Part shown: positions 46,189-56,370 of the stretch, one piece after another
Numbering within the stretch: the stretch's first letter is position 1
Layout of the letters: each line of letters starts with the position of its first letter
Translations under genes and position numbers: made by a program
Notes under the pieces: model-generated
What the model saw: only the letters and a program-made list of their open reading frames with translations
Told to the model about the DNA's origin: nothing
The model's database searches: none
Origin: Peribolospora baueri
Taxonomy: Eukaryota
DNA: 57,450 bases
Reading direction: 5' to 3'
Assembly: GCA_029717555.1 (NCBI GenBank)
Contig: JAMDHS010000115.1
Span: forward strand, 1-57,450

Positions 46189-47631
46189 TCAAGCATAGAA
46201 AGAAGACAACGAGGGCACGACGCTCGCCCTCACCGCCGCCCAGCGTTCGTTCTCGGCGATCTGGGCAAGGAGGAACCAAGACGGAGTAGCTCCAGTAGCG
46301 GTGGCGGCTTCCCAGGCGAGGGTGCTCTCGTGTCCGACGGGTGGAAGATTCCAGGCGGGCCAGTGCCAGGGCACCTCCGGTACAGGACACTGACAAGCAG
46401 TGCCCCCGGAGATGCACCCGGACGAGAAATAGTTGAACTCCTCCCTCGTGAAGTCGTCGGCAAACTCGACGCTGGGAGGCATGCCTCCAAACCATCTCGC
46501 CCAGCGACGACGACGTTCGGCATCCGGATGGAGCATGCGGCTCAGGTGTCGATTGATCCTGTCCTCCGCCTCGGCCGCCACCAGATGGGCGAGATATACA
46601 ATCTCCACTTCGCGATGGTGTAGGGCGACCATCTCTTCCTCCTTGCGACGCTGTTCGACGAGCTCCTCTTCCTCTTGGCGGCGGCGTTCGGCGAGAGCAG
46701 CCTGCTCCTCCAGCATCCTCGTGATTCCGCACCGTGCACATGTTTCGGGCCTGTGCTTCATCCCGTAAGCGAAGACCTCGTCTTCGTCGTCGTCGTCCGG
46801 AATTAGCACCCTCTTGTGCGGCGCGTACATGAGGCGGCGCTTGTGCCAAGCAGAGTCGGTGGCCCACTGCAAATCGTTCATGTAGACGCGGTATGCTTCG
46901 AGTTGCGCCGCCTGCTGGGCTTCGAGCTGGGAGGCTTCTAGGACGGCTTGCAAAGCCCTCGCGGTCGCACGGCGCTCTGCGCGCTTCGCGTCTGCGCGGC
47001 GCTTGGAGCCGCGGCCGCGCGCACGCTTCCTCCGCCGGGGAGCCTCATCTGGAGAGGAAGAGGAGTCGGGCGACGAAAAGGATACAGCAGCTAGACTGCC
47101 AAACGACCTGTAAGAAGAGACGCCAATCTTGCCAATCTTGCTCTTGGAGCTGGCCGAGACGTCCCCCCCGCTCTTGCCGTTGGAGCTCGAGTTGCTGTCG
47201 GGGCCCAAACCGCTGCTGTCGAAGAAGCCCCCTTTGTAGACGAAAGGTTTCGCAAGAGCCGAAAGCCGCGACCGGGTGCTGACCGCGCCGCTGCTGACAG
47301 AGCCTCTATCGGAGCTGCTGTAGCCTTTATCATAGTCGGTGAAGCATCTATCGGAGCTGGCCTCGGAAGGGGCCGAAAGGTACGTCCATTCCTCGAGTTC
47401 GCCGCCACTGCACTCCGAGGCCTCGTCAGAAGCAGACCAGCCCTCGACCAAAAATTCGAGGCAAATGGAGGAGCAGTCGGATGAATCGGGCGGAGTAGAA
47501 GGTTCCTCGACGTCAACGTGGAGGAAATCACCATCGTCGAGGACTCCAGGGACGTCGGCGTTCGCACGAAGGGCGCCTCCGCCAGGCAAGGTATCTTTGG
47601 TATCGTCAGCCTTGGAGCTGGAAGCCCGCAT
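46189..47631 (-). CDS. Intronless 480-aa orphan protein (PAM2-like motif, basic NLS-like patch, CxxC, charged coiled coil), possibly element-borne
   Basis: Uninterrupted ATG-to-stop ORF with SRLSALAKPFVY, RRRKRARGRGSKRR, TCARCG and LAERRRQEEEELVEQRRKEEE; repeat blocks on both sides. Confidence 0.6.
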   Translation of the reverse strand: MRASSSKADDTKDTLPGGGALRANADVPGVLDDGDFLHVDVEEPSTPPDSSDCSSICLEFLVEGWSASDEASECSGGELEEWTYLSAPSEASSDRCFTDYDKGYSSSDRGSVSSGAVSTRSRLSALAKPFVYKGGFFDSSGLGPDSNSSSNGKSGGDVSASSKSKIGKIGVSSYRSFGSLAAVSFSSPDSSSSPDEAPRRRKRARGRGSKRRADAKRAERRATARALQAVLEASQLEAQQAAQLEAYRVYMNDLQWATDSAWHKRRLMYAPHKRVLIPDDDDEDEVFAYGMKHRPETCARCGITRMLEEQAALAERRRQEEEELVEQRRKEEEMVALHHREVEIVYLAHLVAAEAEDRINRHLSRMLHPDAERRRRWARWFGGMPPSVEFADDFTREEFNYFSSGCISGGTACQCPVPEVPWHWPAWNLPPVGHESTLAWEAATATGATPSWFLLAQIAENERWAAVRASVVPSLSSFYA

Positions 47632-49006
47632 GGTGATGGTCGGAAATGAACGAGAAGATGCGAAGAAGAGGAGAGGAGGTAGCGGGAGAAGAGAGGTGAG
47701 TGGCGAGGCGCGAGCCGGAGAAGAGTACGAGAGATTAAGTAGAGATTAGTGTATGGCTTAAGGGAGAACGAGAGTGGGTAGGTTCAGGGCGAGGCGTCAG
47801 CCTTTTATGTCCTCCTTCGCCTGCTGGTCGAGGTGGGCCGTAGAAGGAACGAAGAGGTACTCGGCCGAATATGGGAGAAGTATTCGGTTTCGTATCGCAG
47901 TGCTCGACTATTCAGGGCGCCGAGGAGAGCTGGAGAAGGTGAAACAGCCTGATACTGGGGAAATCGCATCCGATGACGCATTGCCTCATTTGATAACTGA
48001 AACCTGCTGAAGTGCTGGGGAAAGCCGCAGCCGGGTTCACATTAATCGCCGGTGGCTCATGACCGCCTGTAGGGCCAAGATATCCAGCGATCGGTCGTTT
48101 GCGGACGCCGTGTCCGCTCGCTTATTCGCGGCCGACCTTGGTGGCAAACGTCGCATGCTATCTTGACGGACGAACGGCTCGGTCCTCCTCCCAACACGTT
48201 CGAGACTGCGTGTCCCACGCACTCGTCAGTGCTGCTTTCACACTCACCCTCAGACAGGTAGGCACCCGTCTGTCAACGCCGTGCGGAGCCTGAGGCAGAA
48301 CGATATCCAAATCACGCAAAGGGAACTTAAAAGAAAGCGGAGCCGGTCAGTCCACCGCACCGCAACCGCCAGTGAGACAGTAAAGGCAGGATGCAGGATT
48401 AGGCGTTCCATGTCTCGAAACATTGACTTCGGAGTTGAGAAGGTCAGCTGAAGTCGTATCGCCGACGCATCGGTTGGGGTCGTGGTAGTGGTTGTGATGG
48501 CTCGACGAAACCGGATCGTGCCCGCGACGCGTGGACGCGCCGCACCGCAGCAGATGGTCCGTGCGCGATCCGAAAGCGCTTCTGCACGAAGGGCAACCGT
48601 CGCGGACGGAATAAGGAACGAATGTAGATGCATGCATTCTCTTGTTCGTCGTTGATGATCATCCAGAAGCGGGACGTGGCAAGACGAAGGAACGGGAGGG
48701 GAATGATTGTGTACACGTCGGTTCGGACGAGCCGAGAGGGAAGTGAAGCTGTGGCGTGGCAAAATGAAGGTGTCGTGAGGCGAGACTAGAGGAGGCGAGA
48801 TGAAAGGGGTCGTGAGGGATGGAAGACAAGAGGTGACTGAAATGGGAATAAACAGAGCAAAGATACGAGAGAGCGCTTGATGAAGACGTAAGGCGAAAAT
48901 GCCAATGAGGGGGGAAAGGAGGGAAAGAGGGCAAGAAGGGAAGGAGGGTGGCCAGACTCGGCCAGAGAAAACGTCCAGACCCATCGAGGACGACCTCTCC
49001 ACTCGA

Positions 49007-51150
49007 CTACTCGACAATGATCCCGTTTCGAAAATGCCTCAGCGCCCAGTCGCGGGCAAAGATGGACGCTTTGAGGAACTTCTTGTTGGCGTACTTCTTG
49101 TAGACGAATTGGCTCTCGAAGCCAGGCTGTATGAGGTTTTCTAGTAGGACGTGCGCGCCTGGGAGAAGCTGCTCGGGCATGTGGCAGGAGTAGTAGATAA
49201 AAGCGTCGTCCTAATGTGCACGTAGACAAGGGGAACGCGCGAAGAGACATCGCAAATCGTCTTTGTCAGCACAATCGATCCTGAGGCACCAGCAGCGCGT
49301 GTCAAGTGCAGGTCCGTTTGGCAGAGAGGACCATACGTCCAGCCAGTCGAAAACTCACCCACTCGCCGCCCAACATCCTCTTCGAAAGGTACATGCCCAC
49401 GGCAGCAATGAGGCTAGGCTTGGCCTGCAAGAAACGATGGTCGAGCAGGGTTGCCTCGGTGAGGAACTTGCAAAGCGTGCGCGTCTGGATGTCGTAGTCA
49501 TCGGCCTTGGAGACGCGACGGACCCAGGAGTAAGGAGAGCAGTAGATAGAGATGTTGAAGTCCAGCGTCTGAGTGAGTGTAGAAGCAATGACAAGAGGAC
49601 AGGCGTTAGCGGGGGATGAAGTGGTGATGAGGTAAGCGAGATGCGATGAGCCGACAAGGGGCCCCACGGGAGAGGGAATGCCAAGTGGAGAGGAGACGCA
49701 CCTGCAAAATGATCCTCTCTCCCTTCAAGATCTCATCCTTAGTGTACCCGTTCTCGGTCATGAAAACAAACTCGTCTACGCTGGGCGCCAAGATCTCCTC
49801 GTACTTTGCGGCGATGAACATGGCGGTCACACCAACAAGCTGTAGCTTGACGAGGCTCACGACACGGACGGAGAGGAAGCGATCTACCAGGTTGATGGCG
49901 ATCCACAGCGTCTCGGGGAGCATGTGATAGCGCATGTGCACCTGGAGGAGCCAGTCGACGAGAGTTTGACGCATCGACCTGCGGGAAGAATTGACGACGA
50001 GAACGCCGGCGACCGGGGGAAAGGCAGGATGACGTTCGACACAATCGCTCTTTCTCCCACCGCAGAGTGACAGCAAATGACGGCGTCGGGGCCTGCGCAC
50101 TCACCATTCGATCTCGCTCTGATGCTCCATATAGCTCGGGTTCGGCATCGTCTGCACCTCGCACCTGCTCATATAGTCGAAGATCTCTGCTGCGTACTCA
50201 GCGACCATGCTCGTGTCCTTCAGGTCGTCGGCGTCGAGGCCGACATGGAAGCGCGTCACCTCGCTTTCCCTGTTGCTCTGGGCTTTTCTCCTCCGTTTCG
50301 GAGCATCATCTTCGCCTTCCCGAGATCCTTCTTCTTCGCCATCCTCTTCTTCGTCCTCGTGCTCATCGTCCTCCATAGTGTCCACTCCATCAGGCCCGTC
50401 GGCGGACATCCCAGCGAGCAGGTTGATGCTAGGATGCGCAGCCTCGAACCGTCGACGCACCTCTGCAATCTTGCGTTGGGCCGCTCGCTCGAGCCGAGGG
50501 GATAGCAGGAAGGGATTATCTTGGTCATAGTTGACTGCGTCCTCCTCTTCCTCGTCCTCCTCCTCGTCGGCGTCGTCGAGGTACTCGTCTGAACCGGAGT
50601 AGGAGTCCGTCTCGTCCTCCTCGATAATGTCCACGTCCACGTCTTCCTCTGTGGATTTGAGGGCCCTTGGCTCGTCTAGGCTCGCCTTACTGGAACCGTT
50701 GGCTTTCGCTAGAGCGGGAAGGCTGACGTTGTCGGAGGAGGAAGGGAACGAGGCCTTGGGGCCCAAGGGCTGGCGAAGCTCCGAGCTGGCGACCGTGGAA
50801 CCTTTCAAACGCCTTGGTTCGCCTAACCTGGTCTTGCTGAGGGCGGTGGTCTTGGTTGGAGCGGGGATGTTGGCGTTGGTGGGGTAGGCGTTCTTGGGAG
50901 CCAGAGGTTGGCGAATTTCGGCAACGGTCACCGTCGCGCCTTTCATACGCCGTGGCTCGCCTACTCTCGTCTTGCTGAGGCCAATGCCCTTCACTGGCGC
51001 CGGGACGTTAGTGTTGTTGGAGGAGTAGGCGTTCTTGGAGGCCAAAGGCTGGCGAGGCCCGCCAAGGGCGCCCTTGACTCGCGCGCCTGCGACGACAGTT
51101 GTAGCATTTTCGGCCCCAGCGCCGACGCCGACCCTACCGTTGGCGCCCAT
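49007..51150 (-). CDS. G2/M B-type cyclin (Cdc13/Clb-like), 4 exons; start codon uncertain
   Basis: DTSMVAEYAAEIFDYM, MPNPSYMEHQSEIEWSMRQTLVDWLLQVH, LPETLWIAINLVDRFLS, KLQLVGVTAMFIAAKYEE, RRVSKADDYDIQTRTLCKFL, VYKKYANKKFLKAS; stop at 49007. Confidence 0.95.
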
Positions 51151-51919
51151 GTTGCGCTTCGCTCCTGTCGAAGTATTTGCTGTTGAGCCGCACGCGCGGG
51201 ATGGTGGAGGGTCGGAGAAGATGGTCGGAGGTTATGGTTAACGTATTGAGACGAGGACGGGGGCGGACGAAGGCGAGCTGAAATTGAGGAGGCACAAGGC
51301 AGCGCGTCTGGACGCGAGGAGGTCACGTGCAACCGCTAGGCTGGGTCCCCGCCAGCAGCCGCAGCAGCCGAATGTTGCGTTCCACCTCGGTCAGTCTTAG
51401 CTAGACATGTCCAATCCTCCAGCCAGCCGGCTCCTATGTCCGTATCTTGTCTACATCTTCGCGGGCGGAGACGCGTAGGTACAGCGTTACGGACGTATGA
51501 AGGGCCCATAGTAAAGAGCAGCTCATTTTCGGCTTCTCAGCAAGCCTCCCAGGGACTGTCTTCGAACGTCTTGCGACACCAATCGTTCCCGTCGATGCAA
51601 TCCAAGCAGGATGCGCCCGCAATTCCAAACACAACGGTTCGTTGATCGACAGTCTTTCACAGCATACATGCATTCAAGGTTGGGAGCCAGCCTGGGCGGA
51701 AGGAAATCGCGCCGAGAGGTGTCCGCGCTGAGCGTAGATAACAAGGTCGCAAGGCGCGCGTGGTGCCTAATCTAATCTCACTATTTCATGCTCGCGCGTC
51801 AGAGGGGGCAGGCTCAAACTCACAGGGGAGTCCGAAGCCCAGTGGCGGGAAGAACGGCGGGCATTCCAGGTTGAACGGCTTGCCACGGTCACGATGCGAG
51901 CACATGTAGCTAGGGTGCG

Positions 51920-53192
51920 TTACGTAGCGAGCGCGTCCAACTGCACTGACGAACATTTGGGTTTGCCAGCCAGCTCAGCGGAGGAGAAGCGGGGAAGCGG
52001 GTTTGCTCCCCTCATACCAGTTCGCATCGCGAGACTGTGGTGTACAGTGACTCTTCGCGTCGTCAAGCGGGTTCCAAATGGACTCGCTTTGCCCGCGTCT
52101 TTCCTTCCGTCCCCTCCAGTCGACCAGCTGAAGCTGTCCTTTCTCACGGTCATATATCCAGGTTTCGCCCTTGCTTGCGCGTGAACTTGTTTCTTAACCC
52201 CCGAAGGTGCCTCGTTCATCTAATTCACTGGACCATGGCCTCAAGGACAGCCAGCAAAATTATGACAGCGGTGGCAGAGCACTGAGACGAAACGGCGAGC
52301 TCCAGTGGGCACTTACAAGTGGTTCAGCCTTAGTCGTGCGGATGGCACCGTTCTCTTAGGGTCGGCATTGACCTTCGCGGACTGTCGTCTCCATGCCCCC
52401 GCCCCCTGCCTCAGACCAGCTGTCTACGCCAAACGAATGCCACAACTATGCCCGAAGGACCTCCATGTCGTCTGTACAGCGCGCGTCTTGGAGAGTTCGA
52501 CGAGTAGGTCCGGATGAGAAAAGAAATCAACGAATGGGTGCCACACATCTATTCCCTTCCCCATGCCTCTGACGCTTCGCCTCCTTTGGGGTTGACGAGC
52601 GAGAGGAAATGCTTGCGCTCGCTTCGCTCTGCTCCTCCCCGGTCTGCGTGCCAGAGAACGAATCGGCCCCGAGCTCACCAAGAAGGTACTGTCCATGAAC
52701 ATCTGGGGGAGGTGCGGGCAAAGGCTCGGCACCTGTTCCCGGCCCCCTTCCTCCCCGGGCACGCACCCGGGAAGAGGACATCTTGAGTGCATCTCGCAGA
52801 CTGACTCGGCCAGACACCCCGTTCCTTGTCCTTCCCACCGTCCGAGTTCCCGAGTGGGAATGGTTGCTTGGTTCCTGCGACTTTTCACTCGCTCTTTACT
52901 CCTGTAACTGCAACCGCTGTCAAGTCGTGCTTCATGTAACACCTAAACTTCCGACAGTCTTCCGATGACCTGGCCACGTTGTTATCATGGTCCTGCAGGT
53001 ATCCAGCACGGTCTTGCTTCTGGGCGATAAAGCTTCGTCTGGTTTGCGCACGTACGACTTCTGCTGCAGCGCCGGTATGGTCTCCGCGCCGAAAAACTCG
53101 AAGAAGGGCTGGTCGAAGTCGCCTTGGTTATCGACGGAGTGCGTGCAGCCTCGAAGCAGGGAAAATAGACGCACGCCTCTTTCCTCCGCCAT
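51920..53192 (-). CDS. Possible poorly conserved spliced gene divergent from UBA4
   Basis: Several medium minus-strand ORFs (52932..53246, 52527..52838, 51920..52219) with GTGAGC/GTAAGT donor-like sites. No recognisable domain, and I could not build a consistent model. Confidence 0.2.
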
Positions 53193-53351
53193 CCTCGTCG
53201 TCTTGGGCACTCCCCCCATCAGGCAACTTATTGCCGCAGTCGCCACGCGATGATCACGTGGACAAAAAAGACGAGACTCTCTCTCACGCCAACGGCCCTA
53301 TCAAGACTCAAAGCATTCCGTTGTCTTTGATTCGGAGCGGCGACATTCGCC

Positions 53352-55670
53352 ATGCCGGACGACGAGCTCCAACGGCTTCGGTCGCGTGTACGAGAGCTTG
53401 AAGCGGAACTTGCTCGCCTCCAATTCACCGACTGCCCCGCGGCTCCTCCCGCTCAAGCTCCGGGGACGTCGGCGTCGACGGTCTCATCAGCGCCCACAAA
53501 CGAACACCTTGTCCGTCCGCTCTCGCTTCCCGAGTATAAGCGCTATGGCAGACAGATGGTTCTCGACCGATTTGGACTTCCCGGTCAACTCAAGCTTAAG
53601 CGTGCCTCGGTGCTCGTCGTAGGCGCTGGAGGTCTGGGATGCCCGGCTGTGCAGTACCTCGCTGCTGCTGGTGTCGGTGAGTGATGCCATTTCGCGCCCA
53701 GCTTTCTTGCTTTTCTTTCCCCTAGAGTGTCAACTGACTACGATTGGAGGTGATGCCCGACTGACGCGGATTCTGGCGTTTCTGTTTCGATATACGTTCT
53801 TCCGAACGCCCCTTGTCGCTGGCTCTCTTAGGGCACATCGGCATCGTAGACCACGACACCGTAGAGACCTCCAACCTCGCTCGACAGATCCTCCACAATG
53901 ACGCACGCACCGGTTGGCTCAAGGCAGCGTCGGCCAAGGCTGCCGCGCAAAGGTGGGTAATCTTTGCCCCCTCTTTCCGCCGTCTCTCGTCTGGGACGCC
54001 TTCATGGGCAGGGTAAAGAAGAAGGAAGCTCATGGCAGAGTCTACTCTTGGTCGCGCCGATCCCCCCAACCCCCAGCATCAACCCGCACATTCGCATCAC
54101 CTCCCACCCCGTTCCCCTTCTCGCCACAAATGCTCTTACTCTCTTCGCGCCGTACGACCTGATCCTCGACTGCACGGACAACCCGGCGACGCGGTACCTC
54201 GTCTCCGACGCCGCCGTGCTGCTCGGGAAGACACTTGTTTCCGGCTCGGCGCTCAGGTGCGATGGACAGGTCGTCGTCTTGAACAAGAAGCTGAATAGGG
54301 GAGCTGGGAGAGCGGCGCGAGAGGCTAGGAGGAAAGCTGGAAGTTTGAAAGCGGGCAAATACACAGTCAGTGCGCCGAGGACAGAGACCGTGGCGGATGG
54401 GGACGGCGAAGACGAGACGATATCGGCTGCAGAGGAGTCGAATGAGGAAGAGCGCGGTCCCTGCTACCGCTGCCTGTTCAAGTCCCCTCCGGACCAGGTG
54501 GTGGACTGCGAGGACGGAGGCGTGTTGGGAACGGTCACTGGCGTGATCGGCACTTTGCAGGCGCTAGAGGCCATCAAGATCATCACTGGACTTGATGACG
54601 GTGAGTTGGCGGGCGAGTGCCAAGGCAAAGGCAGTCTTCGCTCCTCTATGAGTGGACCATGGGGTGATGAGCACTGGGGCCCAACGGGGTGATCGTCTAT
54701 CCTGTGGTCCTGATTTGTTTTCCATCTCGCGCCCTTCCCCCCCGCTCCCTAGGCACTCCGCCAATCCTCCTAGTCTTCTCGGCCCTCTCACCTACCACCC
54801 CATTCCGCTCCTTTCCCCTCCGACCCCGCCGCCACACAGCCTGCCGAGCGTGTGGCGACGCGCGCCTCGTGCCGGACAAGATCTGGGACGTGGCCGACGA
54901 GGACTACGTAACGTTTTGCGGCACCGCGAGAGGAGCCGCGCAAGAGCTGGGTATGGAGCATAGGGTTGGTGTTAGGGAATTGGCGAGCGTTCTAAAAGGG
55001 TCGACGTGGGCTGTCGGCGGCAGCGGAAGTCTGGCGGACGGTCAACGAGACGACGAGCCCGTTCAGGGCGGTGCAGGAAGAAGAAGACCGGCGGTGGTAG
55101 TGGACGTCCGCCCGCCTGTGGAATTCGGCATCGCACACCTTCCGGGCTCCGTCAGTGAGTGGAGCGCTATAGAAGCCAGCATATTGTTCGACTACGCCCC
55201 CCCCCCTCCCTTTTCGTTTGATCGGCTGTCGGTTTCAAAATCGAGCTGACCGCGCGTCCTGACCTCTTTCGAACCCCATTCGTTCAATTTGCGCAGACAT
55301 ACCTCTGGTTGCCTTGCTACGCGAGCCTTTACAGCCCCGTCTCTTCGCCACTCCTTCTATCAGCTCGTCCGCTCCAGAGTCCCATCCTAATGAACTGACG
55401 GGCCCCGCCCACTTCCACAGTCATACACTCACCGCCCCCGCATCACCGGAGATCTACTTCATCTGCAAGCGCGGCAACGACTCACAGCGGGCTGTACGAG
55501 CTGTGCGACAAGCTCTCGTCCGGCGCGGAGAGTCCGCGAGGTCCGATGGCGGGGAAGGAGAAGGGAGCATGGGAAGCGCGAGGGAAGGTGGAGCGGCGGG
55601 GCTGAAGGACGTGATTGGAGGGCTGAGGGCTTGGAGTAGAGAGGTGGACGCCGAGTTCCCCGTGTATTGA
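53352..55670 (+). CDS. UBA4: Adenylyltransferase/sulfurtransferase Uba4/MOCS3 (ThiF/MoeB plus rhodanese), multi-exon
   Basis: [145 protein letters not shown]. Confidence 0.95.
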
Positions 55671-56370
55671 TTGACGCGGAAGTGGGGGCTCGCTCGGGCT
55701 TGGTCGTGTAGCAAACAGTCTAGACTCATAAGTGCTGGCGAGAGGATGGGGATCGATCCGATCGACTGACTGTCGACAAAAAAGTCCATTCACCCAGCCC
55801 ACCGCGACCGCGGTGTGGACTCAATTTTTTTTCTTGGTCTTCATATGCTCGCTCCCCCGCACTGCACTGTCCATCGGATTTCGTGCGGCGGAGTGTTCGG
55901 TGTGCGTGTCGTGTGCGTGCGCTCTTCGAGCTTTGAATGCAATCCACCACGTCCACATCCACATCGGCCTTCGGTCGAAAACTCTTTTAAAAAAAACTCC
56001 CCGCTCTCGTACATACCATATCGAACCCCGCCTGCCCTTCGTCGTGATGGATCGGTCGTTCGTCTGTCTAGTCTGCTCACTCCTCCCTCCAACGTGAGTA
56101 GCGCCTCTTTCTTTTTTTTCACGACAGAAGCACGACGGACGAGCAGCGTTAACTTCGAGTGCAGGCCGTGTATTGGGATCATTAACCACGCAGCTCCGGT
56201 GGTCTATATACGTTAAGGGGCAAACGTACGTACAACGAACGGGGCGGGGGACTCTGGGCGACGGAAGAAACAAGCCACACTGTGCTATGGTTGGTCTGGT
56301 CTGGTCGCGGCGCAGTCGGACGGCGGCGGACGAAAGAGGACGGAAGCAGGCAAGACGAAGACGAGGGCGA

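Noticed and set aside
3745..51150. SRS2, BUB1, VPS71 and cyclin B as a cell-cycle gene cluster
   Set aside because: They are dispersed among unrelated genes over 47 kb, which is compatible with chance.
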